Below, piece by piece: positions 19,013 to 28,974 of a DNA stretch of 32,434 bases (positions within the stretch are counted from its first letter, which is position 1; every line of letters starts with the position of its first letter). Below the pieces are notes generated by a model that was not told the origin of the DNA, did not search any database, and worked only from the letters and a program-made list of their open reading frames with translations. The position numbers and the translations under genes were made by a program. Where the stretch lies: the sequence record SRR20825006_742; one strand, 5' to 3'.

Positions 19013-19027
19013 GCAATTCCTGTGCCA
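19013..19027 (-). promoter_or_regulatory. Sigma-54-type -24/-12 promoter upstream of lon
   Basis: Minus strand TGGCACAGGAATTGC matches TGGCAC-N5-TTGC exactly, 128 nt upstream of the lon ATG. Confidence 0.65.
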
Positions 19028-19053
19028 TTAAAAATCAAATTTTAAGAAAAAAG

Positions 19054-19081
19054 TGTAACAAATGGTAAATTGGCTCATCTA
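19054..19081 (+). promoter_or_regulatory. Putative autoregulatory ECF promoter
   Basis: TGTAAC-N16-CATCTA, 20 nt upstream of the ECF sigma start. Confidence 0.55.
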
Positions 19082-19101
19082 TAAGACAAACCAATCATTT
19101 T

Positions 19102-19659
19102 TTGAGCCAACAAAATGAACATATTGACACACTGCTCCAGTTGTGCATGGAGGGCAAACAAAGCGCGCAGCTAGAAATTTACAATCGGTACTACAAGGCG
19201 ATGTACAACACTGCTTTTAGGATTGTAAAGCATACTGCGGAGGCAGAGGATGTAATGCAGGAATCGTTCCTGAGCGCATTCACCAAACTGCACACCTTTA
19301 AAGGAGACGTCGCTTTTGGGGCATGGTTAAAGCGGATCGTGATCAATAACAGTATCTATCATTACAAAAAGCAGCAGAAAAAACGTGCTGATGATTTGGA
19401 TGATGTAATGTACAAGGTCGAAGATAACGAAGGAGTTGCTTCAGATCAAAATGGTTACACAGAACTGAAGGCTCAAAAAGTGATGGAAACCATGAAAAGT
19501 TTGAAAGACAATTACAGAGTTTCTTTGACCTTACATTTAATTGAAGGGTATGATTACGAAGAAATAAGTGAAATAATGAACATTAGCTATGCTAATTGTA
19601 GAACCATGATCTCGAGGGCCAAAGAGAGCCTTAGAAAAAAATTGACCGTAAATGTTTAG
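19102..19659 (+). CDS. ECF-family RNA polymerase sigma factor (TTG start)
   Basis: AEDVMQESF, FGAWLKRIVIN (region 2), EGYDYEEISEIM...SRAKESLRK (region 4). Confidence 0.93.
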   Translation: MSQQNEHIDTLLQLCMEGKQSAQLEIYNRYYKAMYNTAFRIVKHTAEAEDVMQESFLSAFTKLHTFKGDVAFGAWLKRIVINNSIYHYKKQQKKRADDLDDVMYKVEDNEGVASDQNGYTELKAQKVMETMKSLKDNYRVSLTLHLIEGYDYEEISEIMNISYANCRTMISRAKESLRKKLTVNV

Positions 19660-19661
19660 TT

Positions 19662-20222
19662 ATGAAGAAGGATAATTTAGATAATCTGTTCGAGAGACTC
19701 CACGGCGAGTTTGATGTAGAGGAACCCCAGAGCGGGCACCAGGAGCGGTTTTTGGAAAAATTGAACCGGGGCAACGGCACAATTGCCCTACATAAGAAGA
19801 AAGCATCCTGGTGGAAACCCTTGTCCATCGCAGCATCCATTGTTTTGGTAGCGCTTTTAGGGTACCAAGCCTTTGGGCCTCAGCCAAGCATAAAACAACA
19901 GGTAACAAAAATTGCTCCGGAGGTTTCCCTGACAGAGTTTTACTTTGCGAATTTGATAGAGGAACAGGTAGAGGAAATGAAGGAGGAGAAAACGCCGGAA
20001 ACAGCTCAATTGGTGGATGACACCTTGGCACAATTGGCCAAATTGGACAAAGACTACCAAACCCTTGAGCAAGATTTGGTCGATGGAGGTGACAGCAAAA
20101 TCATATTGAGCGCTATGATCACCAATTTCCAAACGCGTATCGACCTTTTAAAAGAAGTTTTGAGCCAAATAGAAAATATTAAGAATTTAAAAACACAAAA
20201 TGATGAGAGCTTTACAATTTAA
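19662..20222 (+). CDS. Putative single-TM anti-sigma factor
   Basis: Directly follows the ECF gene. N-terminal PQSGHQERFLEKL, one TM (LSIAASIVLVALLGY), helical C-terminus. Confidence 0.7.
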   Translation: MKKDNLDNLFERLHGEFDVEEPQSGHQERFLEKLNRGNGTIALHKKKASWWKPLSIAASIVLVALLGYQAFGPQPSIKQQVTKIAPEVSLTEFYFANLIEEQVEEMKEEKTPETAQLVDDTLAQLAKLDKDYQTLEQDLVDGGDSKIILSAMITNFQTRIDLLKEVLSQIENIKNLKTQNDESFTI

Positions 20223-21300
20223 ACACATCTTTTTCGCCTTGGCTTTTATTCCCCTGGTGATCAGCGCCAATATGGACAATGACAAATTGAACGGAAAGTA
20301 CACCAAGGAAAAAACCATTAAAAAGGAGTTCAACGTTAATTCGGACGCCCTTTTGAAGGTAAGCAACAGTTATGGAAACCTGAACATCACCTCCTGGAAC
20401 CAAAATAAAGTGATGATCGAGGTACACATTAAAACCAATGGGAATGATGAAGACCGCGTAAGGGAACGCTTGGAGGAAATCAATGTGGATTTTGACAACA
20501 GTGCCAGCATGGTATCCGCTATTACGGATTTTGGTAACAGGAACAGTGGTTGGAATTGGGGCTGGGGCAAAAGAAAAAGTGTGAGCGTACAAGTCAACTA
20601 CACCATAAAACTTCCGGTAAAAAACAGCGTCAACCTAAGCAACGACTATGGCAATATTATGTTGGACAGGATTGATGGTCATGCCAAGATTAGTTGTGAC
20701 TATGGTAAAATGGACATTGGTGAGCTACACGGCCGCAATAATGAACTCAGGTTCGATTATACCTCACGTTCTACCTTTGGATATATCAACAGTGCGGAAA
20801 TCATTGCGGACTACTCGGGATTTACTATCGACAAGGCCGGAAACCTTACCATTAAAGCCGATTACACCAACGGCGTAGTGGAAGAAATGGACAACCTGCA
20901 ATACTCCAGTGACTATGGCTCTATTGATGTAAGAAACGTGAAGAATGTAGATGGGAATGGAGATTATATTGGGGTTAAACTGGGAAACGTACACGGCAAT
21001 GTGTCCATCACCAGCGATTACGGCTCCATCAAAATAGATAAGTTGGCCCCGGACGCAGGTAATGTTCAAATCCGAACGGATTACACAGGCATTAAAATCG
21101 GTTATGATTCAGGCTATAATTTCGACTTCGAAATTTCTACCGAATACGCTGGGGTAAGTGGAAAGGATGACTTCGAAATCAATATCAGTAAAGAGAAATC
21201 CACCGAAAAATATTATAGTGGTTACTACGGAAGTCCAAACTCTGGAAATAAGGTGAGCATTACCAGTGACTATGGAGGAATATCATTTTACAGAAATTAA
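20200..21300 (+). CDS. Secreted DUF4097-like beta-repeat protein
   Basis: Signal peptide; about a dozen xDYG/xDYT-type repeats. Confidence 0.75.
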   Translation: MMRALQFKHIFFALAFIPLVISANMDNDKLNGKYTKEKTIKKEFNVNSDALLKVSNSYGNLNITSWNQNKVMIEVHIKTNGNDEDRVRERLEEINVDFDNSASMVSAITDFGNRNSGWNWGWGKRKSVSVQVNYTIKLPVKNSVNLSNDYGNIMLDRIDGHAKISCDYGKMDIGELHGRNNELRFDYTSRSTFGYINSAEIIADYSGFTIDKAGNLTIKADYTNGVVEEMDNLQYSSDYGSIDVRNVKNVDGNGDYIGVKLGNVHGNVSITSDYGSIKIDKLAPDAGNVQIRTDYTGIKIGYDSGYNFDFEISTEYAGVSGKDDFEINISKEKSTEKYYSGYYGSPNSGNKVSITSDYGGISFYRN

Positions 21301-21335
21301 CATCAATTCAAAAACTTTAAATTAAACACAAAATC

Positions 21336-22061
21336 ATGAAAAAATTTATCACACTTATGCTGGCATTGGGAATGGTAGCGGTAACCAATGCTCAATGGGG
21401 CAGAAAAATACAGGGAAATGGCGATGTTGTTACCATTGAACGCTCTGTAGGGGACTATGACGAAGTGGCCATGGCCGGTTGGTTCGATGTAGAACTGGTA
21501 TCCGGTAGCGAGGGCGAATTGACCCTAAAGGGAGAATCCAATTTATTGGAACATATTGTTACCGAGGTAAAAAATGGCAAACTGACCATTAAGGTAGAGA
21601 AAGGCATGAACCTTAGACCTTCCAACTGGAAAAGTGGCATTTATGTTACTGTGCCCATAGAATCCATTGATGCCGTGAGCCTATCGGGTTCAGGAGATTT
21701 GGTTGGCAAAACTACCATTAAGGCAAGACAGTTCAGTACCGCAATGTCCGGTTCTGGTGATGTTACCCTTACTGTGGAAGCGGAAGAGATTGAAGCCTCT
21801 CTTTCCGGTTCCGGTGACATCAATCTGTCTGGAAGGGCGACGGATTTCACAGTTTCAGTTTCAGGTTCCGGCGACATCAAGGCTTTTGATTTGGAGGCTG
21901 ATTTTGTAACAGCTACGGTATCTGGGTCTGCGGACATCAAGGTCACCGCCAATCAATCCCTTGAGGCAAGGGTTTTCGGTTCCGGGGACATTCAATACAA
22001 GGGAAATCCTAAAAAGGTAAATTCCAAATCTTCAGGTTCTGGAGATATTACCAAGGTATAA
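21336..22061 (+). CDS. Head GIN domain (DUF2807) protein
   Basis: Signal peptide, GNGDVVT, seven SGSGD-type repeats, C-terminal YKGNP. Confidence 0.88.
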   Translation: MKKFITLMLALGMVAVTNAQWGRKIQGNGDVVTIERSVGDYDEVAMAGWFDVELVSGSEGELTLKGESNLLEHIVTEVKNGKLTIKVEKGMNLRPSNWKSGIYVTVPIESIDAVSLSGSGDLVGKTTIKARQFSTAMSGSGDVTLTVEAEEIEASLSGSGDINLSGRATDFTVSVSGSGDIKAFDLEADFVTATVSGSADIKVTANQSLEARVFGSGDIQYKGNPKKVNSKSSGSGDITKV

Positions 22062-22089
22062 ATTCGAGTTTATCATCAATCAAAGACTG

Positions 22090-22119
22090 AAAAAGCCCTG
22101 AAACTCTCAGGGCTTTTTT
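22090..22119. terminator. Bidirectional intrinsic terminator
   Basis: AAAAAGCCCTGA-AACTC-TCAGGGCTTTTTT between convergent genes. Confidence 0.9.
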
Positions 22120-22125
22120 ATGCTT

Positions 22126-23457
22126 TTAATTCGGTGTTTTGACCTTGTTTACCCGAAGGAGCAGAAAAATTCCTATCAAGAAGAAGAGTCCCAAAAATAT
22201 AGTGCTGTTTCTCATACTACCGGTAAGTTGGGCCACAATACCATACATCAGGGTACCTATGATGATGCCTATTTTTTCAGCGACATCATAAAAACTGAAA
22301 AACGAAGTGGTGTCTGTAGTCTCGGGCAAAAATTTGGAATAGGTAGAGCGGGATAGTGCCTGAATGCCCCCCATTACTATACCGACCAAACCTGCTGCAA
22401 TATAGAAATCCATCGGGGTCTGTAAAAAATAGGCATAAACACTTAGCAGTCCCCAAATTACATTGATAACGATAAGTGTCTTTATATTTCCATAGGCTTT
22501 AGAGGCAAGAGCTGTAACGGTAGCCCCTAAAATGGCAACGAGCTGTATCAACAGAATACTTACAATTAATCCCATGGTACGCTCATCGTCCGAACCCCAA
22601 ATGATTTCTTCCTCCCCGAAATAAGTCGCGATCAACATAATGGTCTGTACCGCCATACTATAGGTGAAGAACGCTCCTAGGTATCGCTTCAATTTTCTAT
22701 TCTCGCCAAGCTGGTGCCATACCAACTTCAACTCCTTAAACCCATTTAAAATGATATGCTTCCGTTCCCCTTCCCTTTTGTATCCCTTGGGTAAATGGGC
22801 AAAGGTATACTGGCTAAAAAGTATCCACCAGATTCCTACTGAGATGAAGGAATACTTCATAGCCTTTATCTCTGCAACTTCGCTTCCACTGTCCGTAATA
22901 CCAAAGAAATCGGGTTCCATCACCATAAACAGATTGAAAACCAATAAAATGACGCTTCCCACATATCCCAAGGAGAATCCCTTGGCACTTATGCTATCCT
23001 GTTGCTCCGGAAAAGCGATGTCGGGCAAATAGGAATTGTTGATGGCAAAACTGACCCAAAAACCAACTAGACCGAAGAAGTAACAGGCCAGTCCAAAATA
23101 AATATGCTCCAAAGAGAACCAGTACAGGCCTATGCAAGATGCCGCTCCCAGATAGCAAAAGAATTTGAGGAACACCTTTTTGTTCCCTAAATAATCTGCC
23201 ACTCCCGATACCAATGGTGTTACTATGGCAATAAACACAAAGGCCAACGAGGTCACATAACTGATCAAGGGGGCCCTTGCTATCTCGCCGCCAAAAATAG
23301 TGACTTGCTCAATGCCCGCGGTTCGGAACAACAGGCCGTAAAAAAGAGGGAAAATGGCAGAGGATATTACCAAACTATATACCGAATTGGCCCAATCATA
23401 AAAGGCCCATGCATTCAACAGTTTTTTACTTCCCTTTAATGCCAATGTCTGTGCCAT
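22126..23457 (-). CDS. MFS transporter, UMF1/Atg22 family
   Basis: AWAFYDWANS, GGIQALSRS; about 12 hydrophobic segments. Confidence 0.9.
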   Translation of the reverse strand: MAQTLALKGSKKLLNAWAFYDWANSVYSLVISSAIFPLFYGLLFRTAGIEQVTIFGGEIARAPLISYVTSLAFVFIAIVTPLVSGVADYLGNKKVFLKFFCYLGAASCIGLYWFSLEHIYFGLACYFFGLVGFWVSFAINNSYLPDIAFPEQQDSISAKGFSLGYVGSVILLVFNLFMVMEPDFFGITDSGSEVAEIKAMKYSFISVGIWWILFSQYTFAHLPKGYKREGERKHIILNGFKELKLVWHQLGENRKLKRYLGAFFTYSMAVQTIMLIATYFGEEEIIWGSDDERTMGLIVSILLIQLVAILGATVTALASKAYGNIKTLIVINVIWGLLSVYAYFLQTPMDFYIAAGLVGIVMGGIQALSRSTYSKFLPETTDTTSFFSFYDVAEKIGIIIGTLMYGIVAQLTGSMRNSTIFLGLFFLIGIFLLLRVNKVKTPN

Positions 23458-23473
23458 AACTTTTATTACAAAA

Positions 23474-23549
23474 AAATGTCACTTCGAATCTTTGTGAAAA
23501 ACCCTTTTTGGTGTCAGTTGGATTTTTCGCCTTTTTCGAAGTGACATTT
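23474..23549. repeat. Intergenic inverted repeat (REP-like hairpin)
   Basis: Perfect 15-bp arms AAATGTCACTTCGAA/TTCGAAGTGACATTT around a 46-nt, partly self-complementary centre. Confidence 0.75.
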
Positions 23550-23569
23550 ACAGTTCGTTTTTTATAAAT

Positions 23570-24379
23570 CTATTTGAAGGACGTTACCCCAAACTTACGA
23601 GCTTCTTGTTTTGCTGCAGGTGCCCAAGCGGTCAGATTACTTATTCTTGTATCGTTGGATGGATGCGTGCTCAAAAACTCCGGTGGAGCCTGTCCGCCAG
23701 ATTGGGCCTTCATACGCTTCCAAAGTTCTGCAGCCTCACTGGGGTCATACCCTGCAATGGCCATAATCTGAAGTCCGATTCTATCAGCTTCTGTCTCGTG
23801 GCTTCGGCTAAACGGTAGCATCACTCCTATTTGCGAACCAACCCCGTATGCTTGATTGAACAACCCAAGAGTTTTCTCGTCTTGAATAGCCACATTTCCC
23901 GCAACGGCTCCGAGTTGTTGTAACGTACCCGCGCTCATACGCTGGGCTCCATGATCGGCCAAGGCGTGGGCCACCTCGTGCCCCATAACCACGGCAACTC
24001 CTGTTTCGTTCTGGGTAATTGGTAAAATTCCAGTATAAAAAACAATTTTCCCACCTGGCATACACCAAGCGTTAACTGTTTCATCTTGTACTAGGTTATA
24101 CTCCCATTTGTAATCTTTCAGATAACCTGGATACCCATTGGCACTTAGCCAACGCTCCGCGGCAGAGGCTATACGCTGCCCTACTTTGGTGATCATCTGC
24201 GCATCGGATGTGCCCGTGACCACTTTGTTGGACTCCAAAAACTGGTCGTACTGGGCAAATGCGGTAGGGAATACCTGACTGTTGGGATAAAAATTCAGTG
24301 TGCTTTTTCCTGTAAAGGGATTGGTTTTGCACGCGGCAACCGCCAAAAAAACCAATCCAGTTAAAATTATCTTTTTCAT
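23570..24379 (-). CDS. M48-family metallopeptidase lipoprotein
   Basis: Lipobox AAC, NAWCMPGG, HEVAH, FSRSHETEAD, FLSTHP. Confidence 0.93.
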   Translation of the reverse strand: MKKIILTGLVFLAVAACKTNPFTGKSTLNFYPNSQVFPTAFAQYDQFLESNKVVTGTSDAQMITKVGQRIASAAERWLSANGYPGYLKDYKWEYNLVQDETVNAWCMPGGKIVFYTGILPITQNETGVAVVMGHEVAHALADHGAQRMSAGTLQQLGAVAGNVAIQDEKTLGLFNQAYGVGSQIGVMLPFSRSHETEADRIGLQIMAIAGYDPSEAAELWKRMKAQSGGQAPPEFLSTHPSNDTRISNLTAWAPAAKQEARKFGVTSFK

Positions 24380-24418
24380 ATGGTAAATCGTGTTTTGTGT
24401 AATGGAATTTACGAAATT

Positions 24419-26818
24419 TTATTTTCCAAAAATATGGAGTTCCGTGAAATCCTTACCCACCTCAATGGAATTATTGCCATTTAGTTTGATGTCCTTCAAA
24501 TCTACCTCTTCATTATCAACCTCAACAGTATCAATGGTAAAGGGCAATCCGTGGAACGACATTTTAAAATTGTCGTACGGGGTTATAAAATTGCCATCCT
24601 TGAACTGTTGGATAATCAATTCGTTCTCCTTTCCTGTCAATTTGAAGCGTCTTAGACTATACCTGCCTTTTTTATAATCGTACCCATCTTGCTGGTCCTC
24701 GTATACTTGAGATCTTTCCGTACCTGCCTTGTAATACACATCGATGTTCAACTTTTCTATTTCCTTTTCTCCGATGTATTGCTGAACAGGGTATTTGGGA
24801 ATCATAGCTCCCTCTTTCACAAATAGAGGAATTCGATGAATCTCTGCTGAAACCCATCTTTCGACACCTCCTTCGGTCAATTCGTCCGTCCAGTAATTGT
24901 ACCAGTTTCCTTTTGGAAAATACATTCTCCTTCCTTGGGAGTTTGGCTCCTGTACGGGACATACCAACATTTGCTTACCAAAGATGAACTCGTCCGTACG
25001 GAAATGCGTTTGATGGTCCTCTTGGTCATAAAACACCAAGGATTGAAGCATCGGAAACCCTTCTTTGATGTAATTATAGAACATGGTATACAGGTAAGGC
25101 AGCAATTGATACCTTAAATTGATGAACTCCCTCACTATGTCGGTGATTTCATCACCGAAAGACCAAGGTTCTTGGTCCCCGTGATCTCCACTGGAGTGTA
25201 CCCTACAGAACGGATGAAAAACGGCCAACTGCATCCAACGGGCAAAAAGTTCGCCATTGGGTTGTTCGGCAAATCCACCGATATCCGAACCTACAAAGGA
25301 ATATCCGCTCATGCACATACGTTGCATCTGTACATTGGCGACCCATAAATGTTCCCAAGTAGCGACATTGTCACCTGTCCAAGTGGCGCAATAGCGTTGC
25401 GTACCGGAATAAGCGGCCCTTGTGAGCACAAATGGCCTGCGCGGGAACATAAATTTTTTAACGCCCTCATAGGTCGCCCTTACCATTTGCATGCCATAAA
25501 CATTGTGTGCCTTTCTGTGACTGCAAGGATGACCGTCATAATCGTGCCGTACATCAAGATTTGCGGTTTTGGTAGGCACTTCCATCACAGCGGGTTCGTT
25601 CATATCGTTCCAAACACCGCTAACGCCCATCTCGGCTATCATTTCCTTGTACAGGCCGGCCCACCATTCACGTACTTCAGGGTTGGTGAAGTCTGGAAAC
25701 TTACATTCTCCCGGCCATACTTTTCCCTTAAAATGTGGTCCATCGGCCCTACGGCAGAAAAAACCATTGTCCATGGCCTGTTGATATACCCAATAATCAC
25801 GGTCAATTTTAATTCCGGGATCAATCATGGTAATTACCTTGAATCCCTCATCCTCCATTTCCTCGATCATCTTCTTGGGATTGGGGAAATATTGGTTGTT
25901 CCAAGTAAAACAACGGAACCCCTCCATATAATCAATATCCAGATAAATGGCATCACAGGGTATGTTCAATTCCCTGAACTTTGAGGCAATATCCCTCACC
26001 TTTTGTTCCGGGAAATAACTCCATTTGGATTGATGGAATCCCAACGCCCAAAGTGGTGGAAGTTCGGGAACACCGGTTAGGTCGGTGTAGGACTCCACTA
26101 CCTCTTTCATTTCTGGACCGTAGAAAAAATAATAGTTCATTTCGCCCCCATCGGCCCAAAAACTGGTTACGTTCCGTTTTTCTGCGGCAAAATCAAAATA
26201 AGTGCTAAAGGAATTATCGAAAAAAATTCCGTAGGCCTTGCTTTCCTTGAGTCCAATATAAAATGGTATGGACTTGTACAATGGCTCCTGATCCTTTCCA
26301 TAAGCATAGGAATCTGTGACCCAATTGTTGATACGTTTTCCTTTGAGGTTGGTATGCGATGCTTTGTCGCCCATTCCATAGTAGCTCTCACCGGAATGGC
26401 AAACCTTACTCATTTTCACCACATTGCCTCCATAGTCGAAGTTCTCTTCCCAGTGAAACCCAAGTTCATCTTCAACGAGGATAACATTATCCAAATCGGC
26501 AATCTGTACCTTCAGATTTGCCTTGTTGATATAAATCTTGATTTTGGAAGTGGTTATGACATATTCCGGTATCTCATCCTTAACGGTCAATTCGTTGTAG
26601 CCAAGGTTGACATCTTCACTAATGGCATAGGAAAAATCAGGCTCAAATACGTACTCGGTAGCGTACCTAAAACGGACCACACTATCCCTTAAAATGGTAA
26701 CTTGAAGGATAACACCGTTTTGGGTGGTAAAATATATTTTATCGTTTTCTTGCTTAAAGTCTACGATATGATTGGGGAACTGATTCCCTCTGGTTGCAAT
26801 TTCCGTGTTGGTTATCAT
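24419..26818 (-). CDS. Glycoside hydrolase family 31 (alpha-glucosidase)
   Basis: LDIDYM, WNDMNEP nucleophile, WTGDN acid/base, GSDIGGF. Confidence 0.93.
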   Translation of the reverse strand: MITNTEIATRGNQFPNHIVDFKQENDKIYFTTQNGVILQVTILRDSVVRFRYATEYVFEPDFSYAISEDVNLGYNELTVKDEIPEYVITTSKIKIYINKANLKVQIADLDNVILVEDELGFHWEENFDYGGNVVKMSKVCHSGESYYGMGDKASHTNLKGKRINNWVTDSYAYGKDQEPLYKSIPFYIGLKESKAYGIFFDNSFSTYFDFAAEKRNVTSFWADGGEMNYYFFYGPEMKEVVESYTDLTGVPELPPLWALGFHQSKWSYFPEQKVRDIASKFRELNIPCDAIYLDIDYMEGFRCFTWNNQYFPNPKKMIEEMEDEGFKVITMIDPGIKIDRDYWVYQQAMDNGFFCRRADGPHFKGKVWPGECKFPDFTNPEVREWWAGLYKEMIAEMGVSGVWNDMNEPAVMEVPTKTANLDVRHDYDGHPCSHRKAHNVYGMQMVRATYEGVKKFMFPRRPFVLTRAAYSGTQRYCATWTGDNVATWEHLWVANVQMQRMCMSGYSFVGSDIGGFAEQPNGELFARWMQLAVFHPFCRVHSSGDHGDQEPWSFGDEITDIVREFINLRYQLLPYLYTMFYNYIKEGFPMLQSLVFYDQEDHQTHFRTDEFIFGKQMLVCPVQEPNSQGRRMYFPKGNWYNYWTDELTEGGVERWVSAEIHRIPLFVKEGAMIPKYPVQQYIGEKEIEKLNIDVYYKAGTERSQVYEDQQDGYDYKKGRYSLRRFKLTGKENELIIQQFKDGNFITPYDNFKMSFHGLPFTIDTVEVDNEEVDLKDIKLNGNNSIEVGKDFTELHIFGK

Positions 26819-26918
26819 CTATCTGTAATCAGTTGAGGCTCACAAAAGAAATACAAAAGCCTGAATAATTAAAAATATGTTTTGAAAAGCAATTAACTAT
26901 AACGTTTTAGTTGCCTGT

Positions 26919-28814
26919 TCACTTATAAACTACTACTCCTAAGGGAGGTAGGTTCAATAAAACGGACTGCTCGTGCCCATTCCATGATGTTTTAGAGGGC
27001 TTCACTGTTTTTTTGCCAATACCACTGCCCGAGTATTTTTTATCATCACTATTAAATAGCAGTTTCAATGTCGAATTTTTTGGTACTCCCAATCTATAAT
27101 TCTCACGTGGCATAGGGGTAAAGTTGCAAACAACGATTAAATCGTCCTTGGGGTCGTTGCCCTTTCTGATGAACGATATCACTGTGTTCTCTTGATCATT
27201 GTACTCTATCCATTGAAAACCATCGGGTTTGAATTGTTTTTGATACAATGCTGGGTTCGACTTGTACATCTTGTTCAGGTCCTTAATAGTTTCTTGTATG
27301 CCCGAATGAAAATCATACTGGGTCAGATGCCACTCCAAGCTTTCCTGAAAGTTCCACTCGGATGATTGTCCAAACTCGCCCCCCATAAACAATAGGTTGC
27401 CTCCCGGGTGCGTGAACATATAACCAAAGAGCAGCCTTAAGTTCGCAAAGCGCTGCCATTCATCACCTGGCATTCTATATAGTAGGGACTGTTTTCCGTA
27501 CACCACCTCATCATGCGAAAATGGCAGCATAAAGTTCTCAGTAAAGGCATAAGTCAAACCAAAACTGACCATGTTCAAATCATAAGAACGGTGTATCGGG
27601 TCCCTTTTAAAGAACTCAAGGGTGTCGTGCATCCATCCCATCATCCATTTCATCCCAAAGCCGAGGCCACCATAATGCACAGGTTTTGTGACACCGGTAA
27701 AAGCCGTGGATTCCTCTGCAATGGTCTGAACACCTTTAAAACTGGCATATACTTCTTGGTTCATTTCCCTTAAAAAGGACATTGCCTCAAGGTTCTCGTT
27801 GTTTCCGTAGATATTGGGTTCCCACTCACCATCTTCCCTAGAATAGTCCAAGTAGAGCATGGAGGCAACTGCATCGACCCTTAATCCATCCACATGGTAT
27901 TGGTCCAGCCAAAAAACGGCATTACTGATCAAAAATGCCCGAACCTCATTTCTTCCATAATTAAAAATAAGGCTCTTCCAATCGGGATGGTACCCTCTCC
28001 TCCTATCCGGATGTTCATAGAGATGGGAACCGTCAAAAAATCCGAGTCCGTGCGCATCTTCCGGAAAATGGGAAGGCACCCAATCCAAAATCACGCCTAT
28101 GCCCCTTTGGTGCAGTGCGTCAACTAAAACTTTAAAGTCCGAAGGCTTCCCAAACCTCGAGGTCGGGGCAAAATATCCTGTGATTTGATATCCCCAAGAA
28201 GGATCATACGGATATTCCATTACGGGCATAAACTCCACATGGGTAAAACCCATTTCCTCCACATAATCTGCCAACTGCTGCGCCATCTCAAGATAGCTAA
28301 GCGATTCCCAACCATTTTTCTTCTTCCAAGATGCCAAATGCACCTCATAAACGGAATACGGCTTATCCAGCCCGTTTTTTTCTTCACGGGTTTCCATCCA
28401 TTTGCCGTCCCTCCATTGATGGTTATCGTCCCATACTACTGAAGCCGTGTTCGGTGGTTGCTCGCAAAAGCGGGCAAACGGGTCTGCTTTCTCCGTCCAA
28501 ATATCATTGTTGTTGGAATGTATCTTATATTTGTACTTGGTACCTTTATCCACTCCAGGAATAAATCCTTCCCAGATACCACTGCTGTCCCAACGCACAT
28601 TTAATTGATGTTCGTTTGCATTCCAATAATTAAAATCTCCGACCACACTGACCGATTTTGCAGAAGGTGCCCATACGGCAAAGTACGTACCTTTGACACC
28701 ACCGACCTCTGTTAAGTGAGAACCTAACTTGTTGTAGAGCCGAAAATGTTTGCCGCCCTTAAAAAGATTGATGTCAAACTCTGTAAAAAAACTGTGTGGA
28801 ACTACCTTGGACAT
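26919..28814 (-). CDS. glgB: 1,4-alpha-glucan branching enzyme
   Basis: FAVWAP, YEVHLASW, SWGYQ, LRVDAVASMLY, IAEEST, SHDEVV. Start taken at MSKVVPHS (28814); 28838 is possible. Confidence 0.96.
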   Translation of the reverse strand: MSKVVPHSFFTEFDINLFKGGKHFRLYNKLGSHLTEVGGVKGTYFAVWAPSAKSVSVVGDFNYWNANEHQLNVRWDSSGIWEGFIPGVDKGTKYKYKIHSNNNDIWTEKADPFARFCEQPPNTASVVWDDNHQWRDGKWMETREEKNGLDKPYSVYEVHLASWKKKNGWESLSYLEMAQQLADYVEEMGFTHVEFMPVMEYPYDPSWGYQITGYFAPTSRFGKPSDFKVLVDALHQRGIGVILDWVPSHFPEDAHGLGFFDGSHLYEHPDRRRGYHPDWKSLIFNYGRNEVRAFLISNAVFWLDQYHVDGLRVDAVASMLYLDYSREDGEWEPNIYGNNENLEAMSFLREMNQEVYASFKGVQTIAEESTAFTGVTKPVHYGGLGFGMKWMMGWMHDTLEFFKRDPIHRSYDLNMVSFGLTYAFTENFMLPFSHDEVVYGKQSLLYRMPGDEWQRFANLRLLFGYMFTHPGGNLLFMGGEFGQSSEWNFQESLEWHLTQYDFHSGIQETIKDLNKMYKSNPALYQKQFKPDGFQWIEYNDQENTVISFIRKGNDPKDDLIVVCNFTPMPRENYRLGVPKNSTLKLLFNSDDKKYSGSGIGKKTVKPSKTSWNGHEQSVLLNLPPLGVVVYK

Positions 28815-28910
28815 ATTTGCGGGTTTAGTACTATACAATAATAAGCATCTTTAAGTAAGAATACGATTATGACAACAGGTTTGATATTAGAAACAACATT
28901 TTTTTAAAAA

Positions 28911-28925
28911 TGGAACGCTTTTTGA
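28911..28925 (+). promoter_or_regulatory. Possible sigma-54-type promoter
   Basis: TGGAACGCTTTTTGA; two mismatches to TGGCACG-N4-TTGC. Confidence 0.4.
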
Positions 28926-28974
28926 TTTCCTTGCAACAAGAGTTACAATGAACACAAATTCAAAATCCAAAATC

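Noticed and set aside
20600-22050. Recurrent GACTATGG and TCCGGT-type nucleotide motifs that could suggest a CRISPR or tandem array
   Set aside because: They are degenerate, in frame and explained by the DYG and SGSGD protein repeats.
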